Notes under the pieces: model-generated
What the model was told of the DNA's origin: nothing
Seen by the model: the letters and a program-made list of their open reading frames with translations, nothing else
Database searches by the model: none
Shown here: piece after piece, positions 38,001 to 52,594 of the stretch
Numbering within the stretch: position 1 is the stretch's first letter
How the letters are laid out: the number at the start of each line of letters is the position of its first letter
Origin: Escherichia coli
GTDB lineage: Bacteria > Pseudomonadota > Gammaproteobacteria > Enterobacterales > Enterobacteriaceae
NCBI RefSeq assembly: GCF_003334385.1
Contig: NZ_QOWN01000001.1
Strand: one strand, 5' to 3'
DNA: 64,000 nt
Translations under genes and position numbers: made by a program

Positions 38001-39145
38001 AAATCACCAAAATTACCACGTATCGTTTACCTCCCCGCTGGATGTTCCTGAAAATTGAAACCGATGAAGGCGTGGTCGGTTGGGGCGAGCCCGTGATCGA
38101 AGGCCGCGCCCGTACGGTGGAAGCGGCAGTTCACGAGCTGGGTGACTATTTGATTGGTCAGGATCCATCGCGCATCAATGACTTATGGCAAGTGATGTAT
38201 CGCGCCGGATTCTATCGCGGCGGTCCGATCCTGATGAGCGCCATCGCCGGGATTGACCAGGCGTTATGGGATATCAAAGGTAAAGTGCTGAATGCGCCGG
38301 TCTGGCAACTGATGGGCGGCCTGGTTCGCGACAAAATTAAAGCCTACAGTTGGGTTGGCGGCGATCGTCCGGCGGATGTTATCGACGGCATTAAAACGCT
38401 ACGCGAAATCGGCTTCGATACCTTCAAACTGAACGGTTGTGAAGAACTGGGGCTAATTGATAACTCCCGCGCGGTAGATGCGGCGGTTAACACCGTGGCA
38501 CAAATTCGTGAAGCTTTTGGCAATCAGATTGAGTTTGGTCTTGATTTCCACGGTCGCGTCAGCGCGCCGATGGCGAAAGTGCTGATTAAAGAACTGGAGC
38601 CGTATCGCCCGCTGTTTATTGAGGAGCCGGTGCTGGCGGAACAAGCCGAATACTACCCGAAACTGGCGGCACAAACGCATATTCCACTGGCGGCGGGTGA
38701 ACGCATGTTCTCACGCTTCGATTTTAAACGCGTGCTGGAGGCAGGTGGTATTTCGATTCTGCAACCGGATCTCTCCCACGCGGGCGGTATTACCGAATGC
38801 TACAAAATCGCCGGAATGGCAGAAGCCTATGACGTGACCCTTGCGCCGCACTGTCCGCTCGGACCGATTGCACTGGCGGCTTGCCTGCATATCGACTTTG
38901 TTTCCTATAACGCCGTACTTCAGGAACAAAGTATGGGAATTCATTACAACAAAGGCGCGGAGTTACTCGACTTTGTGAAAAACAAAGAAGACTTCAGCAT
39001 GGTCGGCGGCTTCTTTAAACCGTTAACGAAACCGGGCTTAGGCGTGGAAATCGACGAAGCTAAAGTGATTGAGTTCAGTAAAAATGCCCCGGACTGGCGT
39101 AATCCGCTCTGGCGTCATGAAGATAACAGCGTAGCAGAGTGGTAA
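37997..39145 (+). CDS. dgoD: D-galactonate dehydratase (enolase superfamily)
   Basis: 382 aa; overlaps dgoA by 4 nt. Confidence 0.93.
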
Positions 39146-39264
39146 TTCCTGCCACGTAAGCCCCTCATCGGGCACTAAAACAGCAATACAAAAATATAAC
39201 CCTCTGTAAATTACAGGGCATGGTGAGCGGCTTCGCTATGCCCAAAATCTGGAGAAAGCTCGCT

Positions 39265-40557
39265 ATGGATATTCCCGTTAATGCAGCAAAGCCGGGGCGT
39301 CGGCGTTATCTGACGCTGGTGATGATCTTTATTACGGTAGTCATTTGTTATGTCGACCGCGCCAACCTGGCCGTGGCTTCCGCCCATATTCAGGAAGAGT
39401 TCGGCATTACCAAAGCGGAAATGGGCTATGTATTTTCGGCCTTCGCCTGGCTTTATACGCTATGTCAGATCCCCGGCGGTTGGTTTTTAGATCGCGTAGG
39501 TTCTCGCGTGACTTATTTTATTGCGATATTTGGCTGGTCAGTGGCGACTTTATTCCAGGGCTTTGCCACGGGCTTAATGTCATTAATTGGTCTGCGCGCG
39601 ATAACCGGTATTTTCGAAGCGCCTGCTTTCCCGACCAATAACCGGATGGTGACCAGCTGGTTCCCGGAACATGAACGCGCTTCTGCCGTTGGTTTTTATA
39701 CGTCTGGTCAGTTTGTCGGTCTGGCGTTTCTGACGCCGCTGCTGATCTGGATTCAGGAGATGTTGAGCTGGCACTGGGTGTTCATTGTCACTGGTGGTAT
39801 CGGCATTATCTGGTCGCTGATTTGGTTTAAGGTTTATCAGCCGCCGCGCCTGACCAAAGGTATCAGCAAAGCTGAACTGGATTACATTCGTGATGGCGGC
39901 GGTCTGGTGGATGGTGATGCGCCGGTGAAGAAAGAGGCGCGTCAGCCGTTAACAGCCAAAGACTGGAAACTGGTGTTCCATCGTAAACTGATCGGCGTTT
40001 ATCTTGGGCAATTTGCGGTGGCTTCTACACTGTGGTTTTTCTTAACCTGGTTCCCGAACTATTTAACCCAGGAAAAAGGAATCACGGCGCTGAAAGCAGG
40101 CTTTATGACCACGGTGCCATTCCTCGCGGCGTTTGTCGGCGTCCTGCTCTCTGGCTGGGTAGCGGATCTGCTGGTACGTAAGGGCTTTTCACTGGGCTTT
40201 GCGCGTAAAACGCCGATTATCTGCGGCTTGCTGATCTCCACCTGCATTATGGGCGCTAACTACACTAACGATCCGATGATGATTATGTGCCTGATGGCGC
40301 TGGCATTCTTCGGTAACGGTTTTGCTTCGATTACCTGGTCGCTGGTTTCTTCTCTGGCACCGATGCGCCTGATTGGTTTAACCGGCGGCGTGTTTAACTT
40401 CGCCGGTGGTCTGGGCGGCATCACCGTTCCGCTGGTGGTGGGGTACCTGGCGCAGGGTTACGGTTTCGCACCTGCACTGGTTTATATCTCCGCCGTCGCG
40501 TTGATTGGCGCGCTCTCTTATATCCTGCTGGTGGGCGATGTGAAGCGCGTTGGCTAA
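39265..40557 (+). CDS. dgoT: D-galactonate:H+ symporter (MFS)
   Basis: 430 aa from ATG at 39265 ([22 protein letters not shown]...); ORF-track start at 39220 is upstream. Confidence 0.9.
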
Positions 40558-41618
40558 TCCTTCAACTGTGGAATATGTGCCACACCACTGCGCATAATCC
40601 ACTTTCTTAAAGCCGGTGCGGTCAGGCATCGGCTTTTTACTATCTTGCCGAAGAGTTTTAAACGCAGTTTGCGGGTGGCGCGCCAGTAAGCGGTATTGAG
40701 CTTCTCTGGCTGCTTCAGTAACACCGAACGCAGAATGTCTGTGCTATCCAGCGCATAGCTAATCCCCTCCAGCGAGCTGGCGCTGATAAATCCCGCCGCT
40801 TCACCAATCAGAAAGGCGTTGTCCTTACCGCAGACAAAATCCTGCCAGCGCGAGGGAAACAGCACCGTGCATTTTTCGCTTTTCACCGTCTTACCAAACT
40901 GGAACTGAAAGGCGCTCATTTTCTCTTTCAGCGTCGTGAAACGCGTCTGACCGTCTTTCATTGGATAGGCACCGCCAAAGATAAAATAACCGTCTTTGCT
41001 GATACTCCATGAATAACAGTTAGTTATCGAATTATCAAAGATGCAGGAGTAGAACGGCACCGGATGTTTCTCCGCGAACCACTGCTGGATAGCGACATAT
41101 TTACGGATTTGATGATCCGGGTAGAGATGTCGCCGCACCATCGAGTTTGCGCCATCGGCACCGACCAGATAGCGGGCGGTAATATGTTGCTCCCAGCCGT
41201 CTGCACGAAAAATGACATGCCATTTATCATCCTCACGCCAGATTTTTCGGCACAGGCTGTCGTGATAAACCTCAACGCTGGCGGGGATCAGCGATTTCAT
41301 CCACAAGTCGAAAGCATGGCGATTAATATTGATATAGCTTCGCTGGTAGTTACGCGTGAGCGATGCGGCGACGTCGACGGTTTTGACGCTGAAAATCTGC
41401 GGATTAGCGATCACATCGACAGGAAGCGTCAGCCCATCGCGAATAAAAGATCGCTGCGCGTCCGGTGCCAGCAGACCGCCGCAGGGTTTGCTGAAACCTT
41501 CAGTACCACACTGGTGCTTTTTATCCAGCGCGATCACCTGCATTTTGCCTGCTAACTTTCGTGCCAACGCCGATCCTGCCGGGCCGAGGCCAATAATCGC
41601 CACGTCGAAATGTTCCAT
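40554..41618 (-). CDS. cbrA: FAD-dependent oxidoreductase CbrA (colicin M resistance)
   Basis: 354 aa from ATG at 41618 ([22 protein letters not shown]: GxGxxG FAD-binding motif). Confidence 0.88.
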
Positions 41619-41682
41619 CTTTTCACTCACATTCATCACGATGGCAAAAGACTATTGTCTGAAAGTGAAGTCCTTGTGAAGT

Positions 41683-42933
41683 ATGATGGCGGGACCCGTT
41701 TTGTATCAGGACCGCGCCATGAAACAGATAACCTTTGCTCCCCGTAATCACCTGCTCACCAATACCAATACCTGGACGCCCGACAGCCAGTGGCTGGTAT
41801 TTGACGTGCGTCCTTCTGGCGCGTCGTTTACCGGCGAGACCATTGAGCGTGTGAATATCCATACCGGCGAGGTCGAGGTTATCTATCGCGCGTCACAGGG
41901 CGCACACGTCGGCGTGGTGACCGTTCATCCGAAGTCAGAGAAATATGTTTTCATCCACGGCCCGGAAAATCCTGATGAAACATGGCATTACGACTTCCAT
42001 CATCGGCGCGGAGTGATTGTTGAAGGCGGCAAGATGAGTAACCTTGATGCGATGGATATTACCGCGCCGTATACGCCAGGAGTGCTGCGCGGCGGCAGCC
42101 ATGTGCATGTCTTTAGCCCGAACGGTGAAAGGGTGAGCTTTACCTATAACGACCATGTAATGCATGAACTCGATCCGGCGCTGGATTTGCGAAACGTCGG
42201 TGTTGCTGCGCCGTTTGGCCCGGTCAACGTACAAAAGCAGCATCCGCGTGAATACAGCGGTAGCCACTGGTGCGTGCTGGTGAGCAAAACCACGCCCACG
42301 CCACAGCCTGGCAGTGATGAAATCAATCGTGCTTATGAAGAAGGATGGGTAGGAAATCACGCGCTGGCATTTATTGGCGACACACTTTCGCCAAAGGGCG
42401 AGAAAGTGCCGGAGCTGTTTATCGTTGAGTTACCGCAAGATGAAGCTGGCTGGAAAGCGGCAGGTGATGCGCCGTTAAGCGGAACGGAAACAACCCTGCC
42501 CGCGCCACCGCGTGGCGTCGTGCAGCGACGTTTAACCTTTACCCACCATCGGGCTTATCCGGGGTTAGTCAACGTCCCGCGCCACTGGGTGCGCTGTAAT
42601 CCGCAGGGTACACAAATCGCGTTTTTAATGCGAGATGATAACGGCATTGTGCAACTGTGGCTTATCTCGCCACAGGGCGGCGAGCCGCGCCAGTTAACCC
42701 ATAACAAAACGGATATTCAGTCTGCATTTAACTGGCATCCGTCAGGAGAATGGTTGGGCTTTGTGCTGGATAATCGAATTGCTTGTGCCCATGCGCAAAG
42801 CGGCGAGGTTGAGTATTTAACCGAACACCACGCCAATTCACCTTCTGCGGACGCCGTGGTCTTCTCGCCGGATGGTCAGTGGCTGGCGTGGATGGAAGGC
42901 GGCCAGCTGTGGATCACCGAAACTGATCGCTAA
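41683..42933 (+). CDS. yidR: Uncharacterised protein YidR
   Basis: About 415 aa; tandem ATGs at 41683 and 41686, so the exact start is uncertain. Confidence 0.85.
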   Translation: MMAGPVLYQDRAMKQITFAPRNHLLTNTNTWTPDSQWLVFDVRPSGASFTGETIERVNIHTGEVEVIYRASQGAHVGVVTVHPKSEKYVFIHGPENPDETWHYDFHHRRGVIVEGGKMSNLDAMDITAPYTPGVLRGGSHVHVFSPNGERVSFTYNDHVMHELDPALDLRNVGVAAPFGPVNVQKQHPREYSGSHWCVLVSKTTPTPQPGSDEINRAYEEGWVGNHALAFIGDTLSPKGEKVPELFIVELPQDEAGWKAAGDAPLSGTETTLPAPPRGVVQRRLTFTHHRAYPGLVNVPRHWVRCNPQGTQIAFLMRDDNGIVQLWLISPQGGEPRQLTHNKTDIQSAFNWHPSGEWLGFVLDNRIACAHAQSGEVEYLTEHHANSPSADAVVFSPDGQWLAWMEGGQLWITETDR

Positions 42934-42934
42934 A

Positions 42935-43267
42935 TCAGTTATCAGGCATTCTGGCCGGTGGAATAACCGCATTGGTGGCTTGCGCGTTGGCTTCGCTTTT
43001 TTCAACGCGCGAGCGCACCGAGCTGTCTTTGCGGAACACATCCCACGGCAGTAAAAGCGTGTCCATCACAGCGGTAAACGGCATATCGAGAATCGCCAGC
43101 GACTTAGTGCCCCAGTTGGTTTCATCGTCGCCAATCATGGTTGCGCTGGCGCGGGTGCCGGGATACGTTCCTTCTTTCCCTCCGGTATGGGACATCACGC
43201 TGGAGCATCCTCCGAGTAATGTCATTCCGCTGCATATCATGAACGCTAACAACACATTTCTTATCAT
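42935..43267 (-). CDS. yidQ: Putative lipoprotein YidQ
   Basis: 110 aa from ATG at 43267 (MIRNVLLAFMICSGMTLLGGCSS: signal peptide plus lipobox). Confidence 0.82.
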   Translation of the reverse strand: MIRNVLLAFMICSGMTLLGGCSSVMSHTGGKEGTYPGTRASATMIGDDETNWGTKSLAILDMPFTAVMDTLLLPWDVFRKDSSVRSRVEKSEANAQATNAVIPPARMPDN

Positions 43268-43441
43268 AATAAATTCATCTGTTGATCGTGGGTGTTGGCC
43301 TGATGAGTTATAGCGATCCCTTGCTGAAAATAACATCATCATTACGTCGCACTGTGGCGGCTATCGCACTTTAACGTTTCGTGCTGCCCCCTCAGTCTAT
43401 GCAATAGACCATAAACTGCAAAAAAAAGTCCGCTGATAAGG

Positions 43442-43470
43442 CTTGAAAAGTTCATTTCCAGACCCATTTT
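43442..43470 (+). promoter_or_regulatory. Sigma-32 heat-shock promoter of ibpAB
   Basis: cttgaaaagttcatttccagacccattttt: -35 cTTGAAA and -10 region gaCCCATtTtt match the sigma-32 consensus with appropriate spacing. Confidence 0.75.
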
Positions 43471-43572
43471 TACATCGTAGCCGATGAGGACGCGCCTGAT
43501 GGGTGTTCTGGCTACCTGACCTGTCCATTGTGGAAGGTCTTACATTCTCGCTGATTTCAGGAGCTATTGATT

Positions 43573-43986
43573 ATGCGTAACTTTGATTTATCCCCGCTTT
43601 ACCGTTCTGCTATTGGATTTGACCGTTTGTTTAACCACTTAGAAAACAACCAGAGCCAGAGTAATGGCGGCTACCCTCCGTATAACGTTGAACTGGTAGA
43701 CGAAAACCATTACCGCATTGCTATCGCTGTGGCTGGTTTTGCTGAGAGCGAACTGGAAATTACCGCCCAGGATAATCTGCTGGTGGTGAAAGGTGCTCAC
43801 GCCGACGAACAAAAAGAGCGCACCTATCTGTACCAGGGCATCGCTGAACGCAACTTTGAACGCAAATTCCAGTTAGCTGAGAACATTCATGTTCGTGGTG
43901 CTAACCTGGTAAATGGTTTGCTGTATATCGATCTCGAACGCGTGATTCCGGAAGCGAAAAAACCGCGCCGTATCGAAATCAACTAA
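43573..43986 (+). CDS. ibpA: Small heat-shock protein IbpA
   Basis: 137 aa from ATG at 43573 ([20 protein letters not shown]...); alpha-crystallin domain. Confidence 0.95.
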
Positions 43987-44097
43987 TTCCCTAAGGCCGC
44001 CTGGCGCGGCCTGACATCTCCATGCTCGCCGTCAGGGAGCATATGCGAATCTTCGGATTTGCAGGTACTTACTCGCTTCTTAGAAGGAGAAATGACT

Positions 44098-44526
44098 ATG
44101 CGTAACTTCGATTTATCCCCACTGATGCGTCAATGGATCGGTTTTGACAAACTGGCCAACGCACTGCAAAACGCCGGTGAAAGCCAGAGCTTCCCGCCGT
44201 ACAACATTGAGAAAAGCGACGATAACCACTACCGCATTACCCTTGCGCTGGCAGGTTTCCGTCAGGAAGATTTAGAGATTCAACTGGAAGGTACGCGCCT
44301 GAGCGTAAAAGGCACGCCGGAGCAGCCAAAAGAAGAGAAAAAATGGCTGCATCAAGGGCTTATGAATCAGCCATTTAGCCTGAGCTTTACGCTGGCTGAA
44401 AATATGGAAGTCTCTGGCGCAACCTTCGTAAACGGTTTACTGCATATTGATTTAATTCGTAATGAGCCTGAACCCATCGCAGCGCAGCGTATCGCTATCA
44501 GCGAACGTCCCGCGTTAAATAGCTAA
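44098..44526 (+). CDS. ibpB: Small heat-shock protein IbpB
   Basis: 142 aa from ATG at 44098 ([20 protein letters not shown]...); paralogue of ibpA. Confidence 0.95.
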
Positions 44527-44541
44527 CTAGCTATTCTCTTT

Positions 44542-44570
44542 GCCCCGCCATTCTGGTGGGGCTTTTTTTG
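44542..44570 (+). terminator. Intrinsic terminator after ibpB
   Basis: ccccgccattctggtggggcttttttt. Confidence 0.7.
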
Positions 44571-44721
44571 TCTTACTTACTCAACAATGCGTTAAATTTC
44601 GACTGTTTAAGATATTTCGGCACGTTCTTTCCCGTGATAATGTGCGCTATAAGGCAAATCTGCTTCACCGATTCAGCCATAATCCGTAGCAATTAAAATG
44701 TTATCTCAAGAGAAATGGACG

Positions 44722-46383
44722 ATGAGTGATATAGCATTAACGGTCAGTATTCTGGCTTTGGTGGCAGTCGTCGGTTTGTTTATCGGCAACGTCAAATTTC
44801 GCGGCATAGGATTAGGTATTGGCGGCGTGCTGTTTGGTGGGATCATCGTCGGCCATTTTGTTTCTCAGGCGGGGATGACATTAAGTAGCGATATGCTGCA
44901 TGTTATTCAGGAATTTGGCCTGATCCTGTTCGTTTATACTATCGGGATTCAGGTAGGGCCGGGCTTCTTTGCCTCATTGCGCGTCTCCGGATTACGCCTC
45001 AACCTGTTTGCTGTTCTGATCGTCATCATCGGTGGTCTGGTTACCGCCATCCTGCATAAACTGTTTGATATTCCACTGCCGGTAGTGCTGGGGATTTTCT
45101 CCGGTGCGGTTACCAATACGCCAGCGCTGGGGGCAGGGCAGCAGATTTTGCGCGACCTGGGTACACCAATGGAAATGGTCGATCAGATGGGGATGAGTTA
45201 CGCGATGGCGTATCCATTCGGCATTTGCGGGATTTTGTTCACCATGTGGATGTTGCGGGTTATTTTCCGCGTCAATGTCGAGACAGAAGCTCAGCAGCAC
45301 GAGTCTTCACGCACCAATGGCGGCGCGCTGATCAAGACTATCAATATTCGCGTTGAGAACCCTAACCTGCATGATTTAGCCATTAAAGATGTACCGATTC
45401 TCAACGGCGACAAAATTATCTGCTCGCGTCTGAAACGCGAAGAAACCCTAAAAGTTCCTTCGCCAGATACCATTATCCAACTGGGCGATTTGCTGCATCT
45501 GGTGGGTCAGCCAGCGGATTTACATAATGCGCAACTGGTGATTGGTCAGGAGGTCGATACTTCGCTGTCCACGAAAGGCACTGATTTGCGCGTCGAGCGT
45601 GTGGTGGTCACCAATGAAAACGTGCTCGGAAAACGTATTCGCGACCTGCACTTTAAAGAACGCTATGACGTTGTTATCTCGCGCCTGAACCGTGCCGGGG
45701 TCGAACTGGTCGCCAGTGGCGATATCAGCCTGCAGTTCGGCGATATCCTCAATCTGGTGGGGCGTCCGTCCGCAATTGATGCCGTTGCCAATGTGCTGGG
45801 GAATGCGCAGCAAAAACTGCAACAGGTTCAGATGCTGCCAGTGTTTATTGGCATCGGGCTAGGCGTATTGTTAGGTTCTATTCCCGTCTTTGTGCCAGGA
45901 TTCCCGGCCGCGTTGAAACTGGGGCTGGCGGGCGGACCGCTGATTATGGCGTTGATCCTCGGGCGTATCGGCAGTATCGGCAAGCTGTACTGGTTTATGC
46001 CGCCAAGCGCCAACCTCGCGCTGCGGGAGCTGGGGATCGTGCTGTTCCTCTCGGTCGTTGGTCTGAAATCTGGTGGGGATTTTGTGAATACCCTGGTCAA
46101 TGGCGAAGGGCTAAGCTGGATTGGTTATGGTGCCCTGATCACCGCCGTTCCGCTGATTACTGTTGGCATTCTGGCGCGGATGTTAGCCAAAATGAATTAC
46201 CTGACCATGTGCGGGATGCTGGCAGGTTCCATGACCGATCCTCCGGCGCTGGCGTTTGCTAATAATCTTCATCCAACCAGCGGTGCGGCGGCGCTCTCTT
46301 ACGCCACTGTCTATCCGTTGGTAATGTTCCTGCGCATTATCACCCCCCAATTACTGGCGGTGCTCTTCTGGAGTATCGGTTAA
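44722..46383 (+). CDS. yidE: Putative transporter YidE (AAE-type, two cytoplasmic TrkA-C-like domains)
   Basis: 553 aa from ATG at 44722 ([18 protein letters not shown]...); membrane halves flank soluble repeat domains. Confidence 0.88.
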
Positions 46384-47096
46384 CTCTTTTCCGGGTGGAG
46401 TCGCCGTAAATGGTACTCCACCTGGTATTCGCTGGCATTTCTGAACATCACTGAATAATTCAAAAACTCCCCGCTCTCGCTATATGACAACGAGGTGATC
46501 CGCAGCAGTGGCGTGTGTTCCGCTACCTTCATTTGCCGCGCCAGCAGTCTATCGGCGAGCACTGGCGTCAGGCTTTCATAATTACCGCCAATCAAAATCC
46601 CGCACTCTTGTTCAATATATTCAAACTTCGACCCTTCCAGATGTTGCAGCGAAAGATTACGGAACAGTTTTACCGGCATATAGCTGTCTTCCAGCATCAG
46701 CGGTTTCCCTTCCACAAAACGAACGCGACGGGAGAAGTAGATCTGCTCGTTGATTTGAATCCGTAACTGGCTGGCAATGGCCGGAGGCGCAGGCATGATT
46801 TCAAAAATCAGCACCTGGCTGGTGACCGTTTTTCCCTGCCGTTTTAACACCTCCACCAGCCCGGTCAGACTGGCGGTTTGATGCAGTACATCTTTGCGCA
46901 CCAGGTAAGTGCCACTACCGTGGCGGCGGACCACCAGCCCCCACGCTACCAGCAGGTCAATGGCTTTACGGATGGTCATCCGCGATACCGCAAACTCTTC
47001 CGCCAGCTTTTTTTCACCGGGAAGAAGGCTGTTTAGCGTGAAATCTGCGGAGTTAAGTCGAATTCTTAACCGCTCCGCAATGCTTTTGTAGATCAT
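46380..47096 (-). CDS. yidP: GntR-family (HutC-type) transcriptional regulator
   Basis: 238 aa from ATG at 47096 ([49 protein letters not shown]: winged HTH). Confidence 0.85.
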
Positions 47097-47165
47097 CTCT
47101 AGATCTCTTTTTTGCCTGCAAGCCCGGGTAATGCGCACACAAGTTCTGCTTAATCGATTGAAAAA

Positions 47166-47186
47166 ACATCTTTTTTTTAAAGATGT
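47166..47186. promoter_or_regulatory. Perfect palindrome in the yidP-glv divergent promoter region (candidate operator)
   Basis: acatcttt-ttttt-aaagatgt: 8-bp arms with a 5-bp spacer. Confidence 0.5.
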
Positions 47187-47391
47187 GTTCGATGCTGTGT
47201 ACCTGTGCTCACAGAGGTCTACTTTTTCGCGAAAACGTAGATCTCTACCGCCCAACGAAAAGCATGAAAGCGATCACGAATCCCATTGGGTCGTCATGTT
47301 CTGCCGATCGCATCTTCCTATCCTCGCTCCAGGCCTGCCGCATAACCAATCAGGCTTCCTACTTACAGAATTGAGAAAAGAGGATGTGGAA

Positions 47392-50712
<3,321 letters not shown>

Positions 50713-50878
50713 TTTAATATCCCTCCGGCGAATTATGCTCACAACCTGAACTTAACAGAAAACAATCCGTTCAGGGATACGACGTTTGTATTTTAAGAAT
50801 CTGACTGCCTGACCCGACGCATTTTACCTCTCCCTATATTCATGCGTCCGGGACATAAACATAAATAAGGGCTATGAG

Positions 50879-52594
50879 ATGAATTCGTTACAAATCTTGA
50901 GTTTTGTCGGTTTTACGCTGCTGGTGGCGGTGATCACCTGGTGGAAGGTCCGCAAAACAGATACCGGATCGCAACAAGGCTATTTTCTTGCCGGACGTTC
51001 ACTAAAAGCGCCGGTTATTGCCGCTTCGTTAATGCTAACCAACCTTTCCACGGAACAACTGGTCGGCCTTTCCGGGCAGGCCTACAAAAGCGGCATGTCG
51101 GTGATGGGCTGGGAAGTGACTTCAGCGGTGACGCTGATCTTCCTCGCGCTAATCTTTTTACCGCGCTATCTGAAGCGCGGCATTGCCACCATCCCCGATT
51201 TTCTGGAGGAACGTTATGATAAAACGACGCGTATTATCATCGACTTCTGCTTCCTAATTGCCACCGGCGTCTGCTTTCTGCCGATTGTTCTCTACTCCGG
51301 CGCGTTGGCGCTCAACAGCCTGTTTCACGTCGGGGAATCGCTACAGATTTCTCACGGTGCGGCTATCTGGCTACTGGTAATTTTGCTTGGTCTGGCGGGA
51401 ATTTTGTATGCGGTGATCGGCGGACTGCGCGCAATGGCAGTGGCGGACTCCATCAACGGTATTGGGCTGGTTATCGGCGGGTTGATGGTGCCGGTATTTG
51501 GCCTGATCGCGATGGGCAAGGGCAGCTTTATGCAGGGCATTGAGCAACTCACCACCGTTCACGCCGAGAAATTAAACTCAATCGGTGGCCCGACCGATCC
51601 CTTGCCGATTGGCGCGGCATTTACCGGTTTGATTCTGGTGAACACCTTTTACTGGTGTACAAATCAGGGCATCGTGCAACGCACGCTGGCGTCAAAAAGC
51701 CTGGCGGAAGGGCAAAAGGGGGCGCTGTTAACGGCGGTGCTGAAAATGCTCGACCCGCTGGTACTGGTGCTGCCAGGGTTGATTGCGTTTCATCTGTATC
51801 AGGATTTACCGAAAGCCGACATGGCCTACCCGACGCTGGTCAATAACGTTCTGCCAGTGCCAATGGTGGGTTTCTTCGGCGCGGTGTTATTTGGTGCGGT
51901 GATCAGTACCTTCAACGGCTTTCTGAATAGCGCCAGTACGTTATTCAGTATGGGTATTTACCGTCGCATCATTAACCAGAATGCCGAGCCGCAGCAGCTG
52001 GTCACCGTCGGGCGCAAATTTGGTTTCTTTATCGCTATCGTTTCGGTGCTGGTCGCGCCGTGGATCGCCAACGCGCCGCAGGGGCTGTATAGCTGGATGA
52101 AACAGCTCAACGGCATTTACAACGTGCCGCTGGTTACCATCATCATTATGGGCTTTTTCTTCCCGCGCATCCCGGCGCTGGCGGCAAAAGTAGCGATGGG
52201 GATTGGCATAATCAGCTACATCACCATCAACTATCTGGTGAAGTTCGACTTCCATTTCCTCTATGTGCTGGCCTGTACGTTCTGCATCAACGTGGTCGTG
52301 ATGCTGGTGATCGGTTTTATCAAACCGCGCGCCACGCCGTTCACCTTCAAAGATGCGTTTGCGGTGGACATGAAACCGTGGAAAAACGTCAAGATCGCGT
52401 CAATTGGCATCCTGTTCGCGATGATTGGCGTCTATGCCGGGCTGGCTGAATTCGGCGGCTACGGTACGCGCTGGTTAGCGATGATCAGTTATTTCATTGC
52501 CGCCGTAGTGATTGTCTACCTGATTTTTGACAGCTGGCGGCATCGTCACGACCCAGCCGTAACCTTTACTCCCGACGGGAAGGATAGCCTATGA
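50879..52594 (+). CDS. yidK: Sodium:solute symporter (SSS family)
   Basis: 571-aa polytopic membrane ORF. Confidence 0.88.
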   Translation: MNSLQILSFVGFTLLVAVITWWKVRKTDTGSQQGYFLAGRSLKAPVIAASLMLTNLSTEQLVGLSGQAYKSGMSVMGWEVTSAVTLIFLALIFLPRYLKRGIATIPDFLEERYDKTTRIIIDFCFLIATGVCFLPIVLYSGALALNSLFHVGESLQISHGAAIWLLVILLGLAGILYAVIGGLRAMAVADSINGIGLVIGGLMVPVFGLIAMGKGSFMQGIEQLTTVHAEKLNSIGGPTDPLPIGAAFTGLILVNTFYWCTNQGIVQRTLASKSLAEGQKGALLTAVLKMLDPLVLVLPGLIAFHLYQDLPKADMAYPTLVNNVLPVPMVGFFGAVLFGAVISTFNGFLNSASTLFSMGIYRRIINQNAEPQQLVTVGRKFGFFIAIVSVLVAPWIANAPQGLYSWMKQLNGIYNVPLVTIIIMGFFFPRIPALAAKVAMGIGIISYITINYLVKFDFHFLYVLACTFCINVVVMLVIGFIKPRATPFTFKDAFAVDMKPWKNVKIASIGILFAMIGVYAGLAEFGGYGTRWLAMISYFIAAVVIVYLIFDSWRHRHDPAVTFTPDGKDSL

